Shown one piece after another: positions 1 to 11,830 of a stretch of 64,000 bases of DNA. The notes under the pieces are model-generated. The model was given only the letters and a program-made list of their open reading frames with translations. It was not told the DNA's origin and ran no database searches. The translations under genes were made by a program, and so were the position numbers. The first letter of the stretch is position 1. Each line of letters begins with the position of its first letter. The stretch lies in assembly GCA_002269645.1 (NCBI GenBank), contig NIVC01000557.1, positions 62,001 through 126,000 on the forward strand, given 5' to 3'. The DNA comes from Macrostomum lignano. Its lineage: Eukaryota.

Positions 1-490
1 CCCTAACTTCGAACCATGACACCCTAACCTCGAACCATGATACTCCAACATCAGAACAAACATACATCACATCGAACCAAGACACCTGAACGCCCCAACC
101 TCAGAACCAAGATGCCCCAACCTCAGAACCAAGACACCCCAACCTCAGAACCAAGACAACCCAACCTCAGAACCAAGATGCCCCAACCTCAGAACCAAGA
201 CACCCCAACCTCAGAACCAAGACAACCCAACCTCAGAACCAAGATGCCCCAACCTCAGAACCAAGACACCCCAACCTCAGAACCAAGACAACCCAACCTC
301 AGAACCAAGACACCCCAACCTCAGAACCAAGACAACCTAACCTCAGAAGCAAGAAACCCCAACCTCAGAACTAAGACCCCCCAACCTCAGAACCAAGATG
401 CCCCAACCTCAGAACCAAGACACCCCAACCTCAGAACCAAGAAACCCCAACCTCAGAACCAAGAAACCCCAACCTCAGAACCAAGACATC
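1..490. repeat. 22-bp minisatellite (CCTCAGAACCAAGAYRCCCCAA)n
   Basis: Directly visible tandem units; explains the repetitive ORF 37..510 (22-aa period = 3 x 22 bp). Confidence 0.9.
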
Positions 491-694
491 CACTGAACAA
501 AGCTTTATAGTAAAACGCAGTAAAGCAATTAGATTCTAACGGAATTGATTTTTGATTTGATCAACAAGAAAAGCAGCGGAAAATATAAATATCAGATACT
601 TTATTTAATAACCATTAGTAAAGTTATATATATATGCAACTAAAAACTGTAGCAAAAATAATTTGTTACGAGTACTAACATTTCTACTGTACTA

Positions 695-1134
695 CTACGA
701 GCGTATATACAGTAGTAATTTTAGTAAACCCTAAGCGCATTTTATAACAATAATATAATCGAAATTATCACACAATTTCACATACAGATACTGTATACGC
801 AGTAAATATTAGACATCTTTAGTATAATTGTGATTAAGTAACACCTGGAATAAATTTGTCTACGCAAAAACATTACTCCATGCAGCTGAACTCTAATGGC
901 AACACTTTCTTTGAAAAACATTTCATGTACACAGCACACTTTGTTACTGGTAGTAGCATATAGTAGTAAACGATCACTCTTTTTAGGTAAAACAGTAAAA
1001 AATTTATTTCTATAAACTTCTCTATGCACAAATAAGCATTTTGAGGGGCGGAAATATGATTTCAAAAAGACGGCTATTAATTTTGTTTTGGTTGATAAAG
1101 AAAGCTATTGGATAGAAAGAAAGTACGCTCGTAG
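695..1134. mobile_element. Putative Tc1/mariner-type MITE
   Basis: 11-bp perfect TIR CTACGAGCGTA (695-705) / TACGCTCGTAG (1124-1134), each flanked by TA; AT-rich non-coding interior. Confidence 0.45.
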
Positions 1135-1384
1135 TATAAAATTAAAGTACAAAATCAAATCAAATACACACTACTATACACTACTAAGTAATATAGGTGC
1201 AGTACAAAGTTAACATTAAATAACAGCTGTAAATTCAGAAGCGGGAACTATTTTAAACTATATAATATGAAAATATGACGCACGTAGCTGTTCATGTTTT
1301 TTAAGCACTAAGAATGCCTCCAAAACCTTCTATATTAAAATTAAATTATGAGTACCATGCATTGTGTACAGTGGAAGAAAGGAC

Positions 1385-1775
1385 GAGTTAAAAAAACTTG
1401 TACACAGAATAGAGAGAGACAGTACCAGAAACCCTTGTACACAGAATAGAGAGAGACAGTACCAGAAACCCTTGTACACAGCATAGAGAGTGACAGTACC
1501 AGAAACCCTTGTACACAGCATAGAGAGTGACAGTACCAGAAAAACCTGTACAGAGCATAGAGAGTGACAGTACCAGAAACCCTTGTACACATTACAGAGT
1601 GACAGTACCAGAAACCCTTGTACACATTATAGAGTGACAGTACCAGAAACCCTTGTATACCATCACAGAGTGACAGTACCAGAAACCCTTGTACACATTA
1701 CAGAGTGACAGTACCAGAAACCCTTGTACACCATCACAGAGTGACAGTACCAGAAACCCTTGTACACAGTATGAA
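1385..1775. repeat. ~37-bp minisatellite (GTGACAGTACCAGAAACCCTTGTACACAGCATAGAGA)n
   Basis: About 10 tandem units visible. Confidence 0.9.
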
Positions 1776-2029
1776 TAAATATGGCACAATACGAATATCA
1801 TGCTTATACTAGATAGAACCAACAGCCCCACAGTAAAGACTGATTATCATTACAAACAATGCCAGTGTAGACATAAATTACTGTTGTTACAAAGCTGGGT
1901 AGATAAACAATAGAATGCATTATGCATACATGCACAGACGGAAGAAAAGTAATTAAACTTTTTTACCTGGAACATCTGCTCTATGATCATTAAATGACAT
2001 GTGTTAAACAGTTTTTTTATGTTTACAAA

Positions 2030-5000
2030 CTAAGGCTGCACAGGTGCCACATCAGTGTCAGCTTCAGATGGCTGCTGCTGTGGCTGCTCTCCAAACTCAA
2101 CTTCGTAAGCCGGCGGATCGTAATCCGCTATGCCCAGCAACAGCTGCGCCTCGTCGAACTCGTCATCCGGCGGAGGTCCTAAGCCGTCGTCGGGATAAGC
2201 GCTCGGCGGCTGTGCCGACGGCTGATTCGAATTGACAACAACATCGCCGCTATTCAAGCTCAGCCTGTTGCGCAACCGGAATGGCCATAGAGAACGTCGG
2301 GATCTACTAGACTGCGACTGCGACTGCGACTGAGAGCGACGGCGATGCCGTCTGGAACGCGACGATCTAGCCGAAGATGCCGGAGTCTGTGTCAGCGACA
2401 TCCTCAATCGTCTGATATGCCTAGGCTGATGAAGACAGTTGAATGCGGCGGCTAATATTGATAGGAGACCGGCTGCTCCAACTAGATAGTAACCAGAGCA
2501 CAGGGACACTGTCACGTGACTGTCCGGTCGCAGCTGAGTGGCTTCTTGTACACCTCGGATTAATTCTGCGGCCCAATAGGTCAAGCCGCAAGCCGTGACG
2601 CAGACCAGAGCTGATCAGATGATAAGAATAAGCATTATCGGGCTTGAGATTGACGCAATGTGTGAAATGAGACTGTTGGGAGAACAAAGGAGAATATTTG
2701 AGAACAGGGCAGAATATTTGGGAAGAATATTTGGGAGGAACAGGGAAGAATATTTGGGAGGAACAGGGGAGAATATTTGGGAGAAACAGGGGAGAATATT
2801 TGGGAGGAACAGGGGAGAATATCTGAGAACATGGGAGAATATTTGGAAAGAACAGGCGAGAATACTTGAGAGGAACAGGGGAGAATACTTAAGAGGAACA
2901 GGGGAGAACTCTTGAGAGGAACAGGGGAGAATATCTAAGAACAGGGCATAATATTTGGGAAGAACAGGGGAGAATACTTGAGAAAAACAGGGGAGAATAC
3001 TCGAGAGGAACAGGGGAGAATATTTGAGAGGAACAGGGGAGAATACTTGGGAGGAACAGGGGAGAATACTTGAGAGAAACAGGGGAGAATACTTGGGAAG
3101 AACAGGGGAGAATACTTGGGAAGAACAGGGGAGAATACTTGGGAGGAACAGGGGAGAATACTTGAGAGAAACAGGGGAGAATACTTGGGAAGAACAGGGG
3201 AGAATACTTGGGAAGAACAGGGGAGAATACTTGGGAAGAACAGGGGAGAATACTTGGGAGGAACAGGGGAGAATACTTGGGAGGAACAGGGGAGAATACT
3301 TGGGAAGAACAGGGGAGAATACTTGGGAGGAACAGGGGAGAATACTTGAGAGAAACAGGGGAGAATACTTGGGAATAACAGGGGAGAATACTTGGGAAGA
3401 ACAGGGGAGAATACTTGGGAAGAACAGGGGAGAATACTTGGGAAGAACAGGGGAGAATACTTGGGAGGAACAGGGGAGAATACTTGAGAGAAACAGGGGA
3501 GAATACTTGAGAACAGGGACCGTTGTAAAGATGAACAGGAAAGGATATTTAACAAAAGAAGATGCAGTATTTAGTGGAACAGAAAATATTGACAGGTAAG
3601 AATAACAAAAGGCAAATATTTCCCCACCCAAAAAAGCCAAATACTCACAAGTGGTAATACTGCCAGTAGCATTGAACTGCACCACTTTCAACAGGCGCGC
3701 ATTAGGCGCAAATAAATCCAACAATAGTTGCATAATAGTGAACGCAACAGCTACTAATAGTAGTGTAAGCACAGTGCGAACCGTAATTACAACGTCGTTG
3801 TTAACGCAGTCGATGTACGCTAAAAATTGCAATTGAAAAAATATATGCAGAAAAGCTTTTATTTAAAGAATATTTTTTTCATTACGAAAAACGTCATTTT
3901 CTATTAAATCTGTCTGCGCAAATTTCTATTATTAAATAATTAGCGCATTATACTGCCTACGAGCATTACTTCCCATACTTCCTAGAGAAGCTCTATTCAG
4001 CGCTAGAATTTAGGCAATAAAATTAAATCTATTGGTAGATAAGAGGGGCCTTCAGAATTTCTTATAGCGCACAAAATTGCAATGTCATTTTGTTAGTCCA
4101 ATCTTATCTTTTTGCGTAGATTTCGCTAATAAATAATTGATTACTAATTGATGTGCAACCGACAGCTCAGTCGCAGCTATTGCGCGGCGCATCTGAAGGC
4201 CGCGTACGGCTGTTCAGTCCAAGGACTGAGGGGGGGGGGTCGCCACATACCCTCAATTACCCCAGCTGGGTGAGCTAAGGCACTGCAAAGTTAAGTGTCT
4301 TGCTCAAGGACAAAAATTGTTCCGAATGGGTCGAGAATCGAACTCCCGACCTTCAAGTGGTGAGTCCGACGCTCTAACCACTAGGCTACAACCCCAGTAT
4401 ATAGTAGTATATTATTACTATCATACCAGTATTGTTTATGACAATTAGCTCCCCAATTTAAGTCAAGCCTAAGCAGGAGATGCAGATGATTTTCTAGGAA
4501 AAGCCACGTTCTAATGTTCTGGGTAGACGGCGGGAGTAACTATGACTTTTTTAAGCTATATAAATGCATCGCCATCTAATTAGATAAACAAATAAAGCCC
4601 CTTAAGATCCAATCTCGCTTACAATCGTCGCCAACGCGCCACACCAGACTACTGGCATCGCCACGGGTTCGTTGAAACAATTCGCCATTGGCTAGGAATG
4701 CGCCGGTGCCAATGTACACCCGATTACAGCCGCCGCCTCGCGTGTAGAACCAATCGGCCGCGCCGCTGGACATGGCCAGCAGTGCCAGCACGCAACCGGA
4801 GCAAACCGCTGCTGGCAGGTTGCGGCTGGCCTCCTGATAGGGGTCCAGCAGCTCGCTATCTCGACGCGCATTGGCTAAGCGGGTGCAGAACCAGGCTCGG
4901 GTGCGAGTTAAAACTGGAATACGAGGATTGGTCTGTTGCTGCTGCTGCTGCCGGCCATCTGAACTGGCATCAGGATTTGTTGAGGATATTTGCTGCTCCT

Positions 5001-5085
5001 GTTGCATTGATGCATCAGCTTCTGCAGCATCTGCTTCATTTAGAAGCGGCTGAAGCAGCTCAGTGTCGTCCTGTTGAGATGGCAT
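2030..5085 (-). CDS. TMEM127: Transmembrane protein 127-like; exons 5085-4623, 3819-3649, 2610-2030
   Basis: GT-AG junctions with phase 1/1 give ...ADWFYTRGGGCNRVYIG...CVNNDVVITVRTVLTLL...LLDLFAP...LTYWAAELI...VTVSLCSGYYLVGAAGLLSILAAAFN...DPPAY. This matches recalled TMEM127 motifs (WLHIHGGTC, FLLDVFGP, FSYWASELI, FYLVAGAG, C-terminal PPAY). Confidence 0.85.
2690..3520. repeat. 23-bp minisatellite (AACAGGGGAGAATACTTGGGAGG)n filling TMEM127 intron 2
   Basis: About 35 tandem units; source of the repetitive ORFs between 2595 and 3832. Confidence 0.95.
4146..4395 (-). mobile_element. tRNA-derived CORE-SINE copy 1 (internal deletion)
   Basis: Reverse strand reads GGGGTTGTAGCCTAGTGGTTAGAGCG (A box)...GGAGTTCGATTCTC (B box)...TGTCCTTGAGCAAGACACTTAAC; the 3' region is shared with four other copies. 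Confidence 0.85.
4521..4583 (+). pseudogene. Degenerate 28S rRNA fragment (helix 69-71, R2/I-PpoI target region)
   Basis: Ungapped 54/63 match to the recalled conserved eukaryotic LSU sequence GGGTAAACGGCGGGAGTAACTATGACTCTCTTAAGGTAGCCAAATGCCTCGTCATCTAATTAG. Confidence 0.85.
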
Positions 5086-5975
5086 AAGAAGTACATAATG
5101 CGTTTTCTTTTACTTCCAAAGCTACTAGGATTTGATCTTTTAATGTTTTAGGAGCCAATTCTTATGTATTCTATTATTGAATATAAGCACTCGAGTGAAG
5201 CACTCAGTTCAATATTATTACTTAGACGTCTAGAGAGACTTAAGGATGACTTTTTCATTTGGGATAAGGGATTGTGAGAAAGATACAAAGAGGTTGCAAA
5301 GAAGATATTTAGTGATCTATGCAAAAGGAATACTGAGAATTAGCGCTGTGACACTCAGATTTCAGTAATGCCCAATTGGACAAGTACATATACTAGTACT
5401 AGATTGCTCAGGCCTAAATACCAGAATGCTACCAGAATGCTAGCAGAACATTATCATACATAAAGACGATTTCTAGAAATGTACTAGATACTATTCTAAG
5501 AAATAGCTAGGTTAATATTAAATATATTAATAACAAAGAAAATCCCTAACACTTATAACAACTTGGTGGCATCAGTGGAATTTACAATCAGAGAAGAAAG
5601 ACCCCTAATACAACTTGGTAATAGTAGTAAAGTCATTACAGAAGAGAGAAGAGTACACACTATTACATATAGGGGCCTATGGAATAAAAAAGAGCTATAA
5701 ATTATTTAATTACTGAAATGCAACCAAATGTATTTTGCTTGCAAAAAGAAAAGCATTACCATAAGTTTTATTTTTCTTTAGCAATGCAAAAAGGTCTATT
5801 GATGCACATTTGGTTGATTTGATCCAAACTTCCCATGTGAAGCATGCAGAGCAAAAAAATCTTGCATGCATGGCCATAGTGCATACTTGGGACTATGGAT
5901 TCCCCTTAAGTTAAAAGCATTCCCAAAATGACAACCATCTTCCCCCTTAAATAGCAAGCACCCAAGATAGCAAGT

Positions 5976-7764
5976 GGGTGATAGTCATTTCATCAATTGG
6001 TATTTCATCAACTCAGTTAAGGCAACTTTACTGGTGATTGACAAAGTGACTAATGCCTAGGTCTTCCCTATTTGCTTGTTGATAAAGTGACCAAAATTGT
6101 TATTATATGAATGATATTTAGTTTATACAGCAGCGTAGCTTAATAATTTTTATATTGATGAGTTTGTTTTAATAATTACCTAATTTTATTTGAAACAATC
6201 AAACTTTGCAATTTTGTTACAATATAGTATATGTTAACTGCATGCCTATTTATACATATATTCGATAGGTTAAATGTTCCAATGCAAATACTCTAGATGC
6301 AAATGCATCACCTATATATGCAAACTCATACCTATATGCATCCGGGCATCAATGAATCTTTGGCCAGAAAGTACCTACTATTTGTCAACTGGTGCGCATT
6401 GCAAACAGAGCTTGGGAAGCTGAGTATCCAGTGCCCCCTATCTGACCTCCAGTTCAATCTGGCTATGGACCCTATCCCTCCAGATTTTGTTCAGGCTAAC
6501 ATTCGAGTTGAAGGAACTAGCAAGCACCATTTGCTACTTTTTACTACCAATCAAATCAAGCTGCTGGCATCTTATTGGCTATGGTTTCTAGATGGCACTT
6601 TTGATGTCATCCATGCACCATTCAAGCAACTCTACTCTGTGTACTGCTATATCCAGCAAGGAACAATGTCAGTCAAACCAATGCCCCTGGCATTCGCTAT
6701 GTCAGGCAAGGCTATCAACAACTATACTGTTGTATTTCAATTGTTGCAGGAGGCAATTGGTAACACAACACCTGAAGTCTGCATACTGAACTTTGAGCTA
6801 CTGGATGGCAGGCCTTGTGAGCCATCTTCCTTATTGTCAGCTTCAAGGCTGCCTTTTTCACTACGCATAGGAAATATTTTGTCGCGTTCAATATCTAGGA
6901 TTGCAACAGGCCTACCTAATAAGACCCTTTTTTTCTGGAATTTCACCAGGATGCTGATGGGCCTGCCCTACCTGCTGTACTAGCATATGAACAACGCAGC
7001 CTAATATAAGTTGTCACCCAAGTGCAAGTGCTGCTTTTATTGGACCTAGCTAAGTATGTCAATAGTACATGGCTGACCAACTTAGTGCATAGCGCTGCTG
7101 AAATAAACATTTATGGCTAGTCCATTCGGACAAACAACAAGGTAAAAGGCTGGCATCAGCGACTGAAGCAGTAGGCTAGAAGAGTGCAACTTATCCTGTA
7201 TCCTCTCATTCAACTGCTCCACTTGGAGGCGCTGCTGGTACCTATGCACACCGCGCTAGTGCAACAAGGAATACAGGAGTGGTAGGCAGCATTGGGGGTA
7301 GTATGATTGGCTGCAAGTGCAAGTGGAGCAATATTAGGCATAGTATCATAGTGGCACATTTTTGATTTGTGCATTCCTGCTCAGCTACATAAGACTTGGC
7401 CACATTCCACATTTCAAACACGTAAATGTATAGTCCGATGTAAATGTATAGTCAGAGATGCATCAATTGAAACTGGCAGATGTTGCACAGAAGGGTATCT
7501 AGATATAAATATTAATTAGCCTGTCAACTTAGTCATTTCATAGTTTAGTTTTAGTATTTTTGTGGCTACTAGTGGCAGGGGTAGTTTATTGGCAGTTGAC
7601 AAAGTGACCAATGTTGGGGAACTCCCTGTTGGTCAATTGACGAAATGACCAAGGTTGGAGACTGTTTCATTGGCTAGTTGACAAAATGACCAATGCAAAA
7701 ACTGAGTTGACAAAATGGCCAGTTGACAAAACACAAACACCAATTGAGTAAATGACTAGGACCC
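5976..7764 (+). mobile_element. Decayed Mutator-like (MULE) DNA transposon with transposase pseudogene (~6297-7260)
   Basis: WFLDGTFDVIHAPFKQLYSV...PLAFAM...NFE, with TNNKVKGWHQRLK downstream; frameshifts and stops. Imperfect TIRs GGGTGATAGTCATTTCATCAATTG / reverse complement GGGTCCTAGTCATTTACTCAATTG; flanks TAGCAAGT / TAGCAAGC (8-bp TSD, 1 mismatch). Confidence 0.8.
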
Positions 7765-9076
7765 TAGCAAGCATCTTTCAAAAGTAATAATAAGAATAAT
7801 AGACTAGCTTTCTTTTTCCAAAATAGATCATATAAGTAAAAAGCCTTCAAAATTTAAATACAAAATTCAATACAAAATTTAAATGCATATTCAAGTTAAA
7901 AAATTAAATAGAAATCATTAACTAGTTTCTTATAATATATAAAAATTTTATATACTAGTTCTAATTTTAAATTATGCTTTTTAAAAGTTCAACTCTCAAA
8001 TAGGCTTTTCACAAAGATTGGTTCCAGAACCAGAATCAATAGGAAAATGAAAAGCATCAAATTTTCAATTCTATTTCTGTCTAATTATATTACTTCTTAA
8101 AAGATAAACATATTTTTATTTAATATTAAGAAACCAGTATTCTTTTTGAAATGTTATTTCAAATTTGTCTTTTTGTTTCTGTAGAAATGTGACAATGGAT
8201 TAAGAAAATTTCTCAAACCAAATTCTAGAATCAGATCACAGTTCTGGAACTGATTCTAAAAATGGAACAGCCAAATGAAAAGCTTTGAACCAATTCTGGT
8301 TCTGGAATTGGTAATATAAAAAGGATATAAGTGATGACATAAGTCATGGATCATGGAACTTATGCCACAAAGTCAAAGAAAAGCTTAAAAATAAAACTAG
8401 GCGCTAGGCCTATTTGTTATTTCTGAGCACGAGTTTAGCAATAGTATTGACATGGCATTGGCATTTTATAATAAATAAAAGTTTTGTGAAAATTGATAGG
8501 GTAAAAGTAAAAAAATGTAATATTTGCATTCCTATGGCTATGACCTATGGCTACAGGCCATAAGACCAAGAGAATATCTTTTTAAAATGATTATTCTCTT
8601 TAGGAATATGAATATCCTAAGTGATTTTTTAAAAAGGGACTAGGCCTAAATATGTAATTTGTCTTTGTTGTTGACAGCTTTAGCTTTATAATTGTAAGAT
8701 TAATTAACTACTTGTGCAAAGTTAATTTACTATATTAGATTTTGATACATGCCAAACACAACACTGCACTTTTCGTGTAGCCGTTACCTAGGCCCTACAT
8801 TCACACACACAAACGATCCAAGGACGACTTTCCTTGAAACGATCATTAATAAATTATCAAGAATAAGTTAAAAACCAATTCCAGGTTCTACTGTTGTTAG
8901 AACTAAAAATACCATTGTAGATAAATAGAAATTTAAATTTTAGAATATTTTCTTATATAATGATTGCAGAATATTCAACGACAATGTTAATAAGTGAATG
9001 CTTAGTACTTGTTATAAAAGGCAAAACTTTTAACTTTGTTTAATTGTTAGAAATGAAACTAAAATTTAGTCACAAA

Positions 9077-9522
9077 GGTTCCTAGTCATTTCGTATCTGC
9101 CATTTCGTCATCTGGGTGTCTGGGGTGCTCACCTTGACTACGGTCACTTTGTCATCTTAATTAACATGCACTACCTGAAGAGAGTCATTTCGTCATCCAC
9201 CAATCATATTAGTTCCAACTTCAAGTAAATTATTGTGGCAATCAAACATATTTACTTGGAATCCTTATGATCCCAGTCATTTTGTCATCTCGATTGATAA
9301 AACCTGTCGATCGATCGGTTCTGCTTGCCGCAGCTTATAGTTATTAAACAAGAAATATTTTACACTAACTCTAATCACGCACAGATTCATTGGTTGATGA
9401 CGAAGTATCCAGCATAACTAAATATTTGGTCACTTCGTCAAATTATTTTTCAAGCTACTTTGCTTCTGGTCACTTCGTCATCCGATAGGACGAAATGGAA
9501 TATGACGATCTGACCAGTGACC
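9077..9522. mobile_element. Non-autonomous TIR element related to the MULE ends
   Basis: Left end GGTTCCTAGTCATTTCG resembles the MULE TIR; repeated CATTTCGTCATC subterminal motifs in both orientations; flanks GTCACAAA / ATCACAAT (6/8). Confidence 0.5.
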
Positions 9523-10279
9523 ATCACAATCGATTCAGAATTCGATACAAAATTAAAGACAAGATTCGTCTATAATTAGCGGGCCTAGTATGGTACCTTG
9601 TTTATAGGATAGAAAATAAAAATATGTATAAATTTTCTTGTAATAATTGGTTAGGTATTTGAAAAGATGTTATTTGTATCATAACTAGTTTACTTATTAG
9701 TTAATTTTAATTTTTATGGTTTTTGCCTATGCCACTAAGGACTTCACTAAGCTGAGCTGCTGAAGAACTATAGGCTATAGCCATAGGCATAGGCATTGCC
9801 ATCATTGGCACCATGGCATTGGGCATATAATATATTGCATTTATACTTTACACAAATCTTTTATTATAGTCATCATTGTAGCCAAAAAAAGTCCATATAT
9901 ATAGGCCTTTTTTATCAAAACTGGTTTGTTGACCAAATGGTCTACCATTGTCCAGATCATGTTGAGTGCATACAGTGCATACCCAAATAAAAATTAAATA
10001 ATTGCAAATGCATGACAAAAAATTGCAAGGACACCCATTCCTAAAGCTATGCTAGTATGGCAGTATTGCAGCAATAAATGAAGTTTTTTGAATTGTGTAA
10101 GAGAACCTTTTTGGCAGATAATTTGGTAGATTTTTAGGCCTATCCTTTAGCAATATTATTTATAGCAAAAAATGATGCAGGCAAAGAATTGTTTAAATGC
10201 CTTAAACTATGAGCTTATAAAACCTAGAAAGCTTGAAATTTACATTCAAAAATAAACTTTTTTTATATTTTTTCTGCTT

Positions 10280-11310
10280 TATTACTAGGCCTAACTTTTA
10301 GTCTTCTGCATGATTCTATAAAGTGCATACTAGGTATACATGCATACTTTTTTCTTAAGTGTGATTTGCACCAACTGTGGTATACAATGTCCGCATGCCC
10401 AAATTTTTGGGTATATATTACATAAGGTCATGATGAATATAATGTCATAGTGTAGCTTGTAGGCAGATATGCCACAATTGCTATCCTTGATACTTCTGCT
10501 ACCACTGCTGCAGCACCTGTGGCAGGCAGATGATGTACCATTGTGCCATAACTGTCCATTAACCTTTAGCGTCATTGGCAACTGGCAATATGGCCAGTTA
10601 TTGAGAAAAAAGTTGCCACTATCTTCTTGCTGATGCTTCACAACCTCTGTGACTTCAAAGGTGATGACTTGTCCTCAAAGTACCAGATGGCTGACTGGTG
10701 CTTTGTTTCTGGATCAAACTGATAAATCCTTGTTTTATCATGTGACAATGTCCAGAATATCACAACTAGTGCCTCTATCAAAGTTAGCAGCATTTGATAG
10801 TTTGCTATTGTATGCAAGCTGCCTTCTGTGGCTCCATGAGCAAATGAGGCCCCTATCAAGCACAGAGCATCTAGACATGCAGGTGTTGGTGTGCAAGATG
10901 CTCTGCACCTAGCTAGCCCTAATGCTTAGAGCCTCCTAAAGCTGTGCCATGGCTATTCAGCAAGCTGCTAGCAGTAGCTACTCTATCTGCTCTATATTTT
11001 CTGGCATCATAGCAGTGACAGGTCAGCCACTTTGCTCCTTGTTAGACAGGCTCATCTGGCCACTGGTAAACTTGCAATACCAGTTTTTTACTATGGCTAG
11101 GGATAGAGCCTGATCCCTGAAAGTGGTTATAAACTGCTCATGGAACTGTTGCCTCATTAAGCTATACAAAGTTGTAAAACATCATTGCTTGGAAGTCACA
11201 ATTTTCAAGTTGAATGCTCATTTTTAGGTTGTTGCATGAAAGTAATTTTCTTCTGCTTATAAAATTTGTCAACTTGAACATATAATTTAATACTTTGGCT
11301 ACAGGCATGT
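10280..11310 (-). mobile_element. Highly decayed mariner transposase remnant (boundaries approximate)
   Basis: Minus-strand peptide HDKTRIYQFDPETKHQSAIW resembles mariner GDETWIYxYDPETKxQS; N-terminal ALSLAIVKNWYCKFTSG is HTH-like; many stops and frameshifts. Confidence 0.65.
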
Positions 11311-11830
11311 AAGAGGTTGCGTAAGTTAAATTTTAGACCTATGCCTCAAGCAAGAAGGGTGTTAGGCTAAAGACTTTTGGAGTAGTCCTTGTATTATATT
11401 TGTTGATTAAAGTCAAATATGCTAAGCTATATTAAAAAAGAGAGATCAAAGTTGATATATTATGCTTACAAAACAAGAAGTTAGAGAAGTTGCTTTTAAC
11501 AAAGATATTTTCATTGATTTAAGGCTTTAGGATTTCCTATAGGTCATATATGTGGAATACCTATCTAAGCCAGACAATCTAGCCATCTAGCAAAGGACCC
11601 AGCCAAGGTAATTCACAAAAATTGATACCCAGGAAAATAGATATATTACTTTTAGATTGAGACATTTAGCCTTAATAATAGTAGCATTGTTACTTTTGCC
11701 ATTTATCAAAATTACATTAATTTTTTCTTGGATGTCTTTCATAGGTAACTTGCATTTTTAGTCAAAAAAGTAAGTTGTACAGCTGAGTATATAAATAGGG
11801 GGTTGCACATGTATGCTATAGGTTATATTA

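Noticed and set aside
4440-4622. Intronic snoRNA guiding 28S helix-69 modification
   Set aside because: No box C/D or H/ACA motifs were found flanking the antisense stretch, and 63 nt of complementarity is far longer than a snoRNA guide.
8003-8310. Inverted TTCCAGAACCAGAAT repeats and GCTTTTCA/TGAAAAGC ends (Harbinger-like MITE?)
   Set aside because: Termini do not nest consistently and there is no clear TSD.
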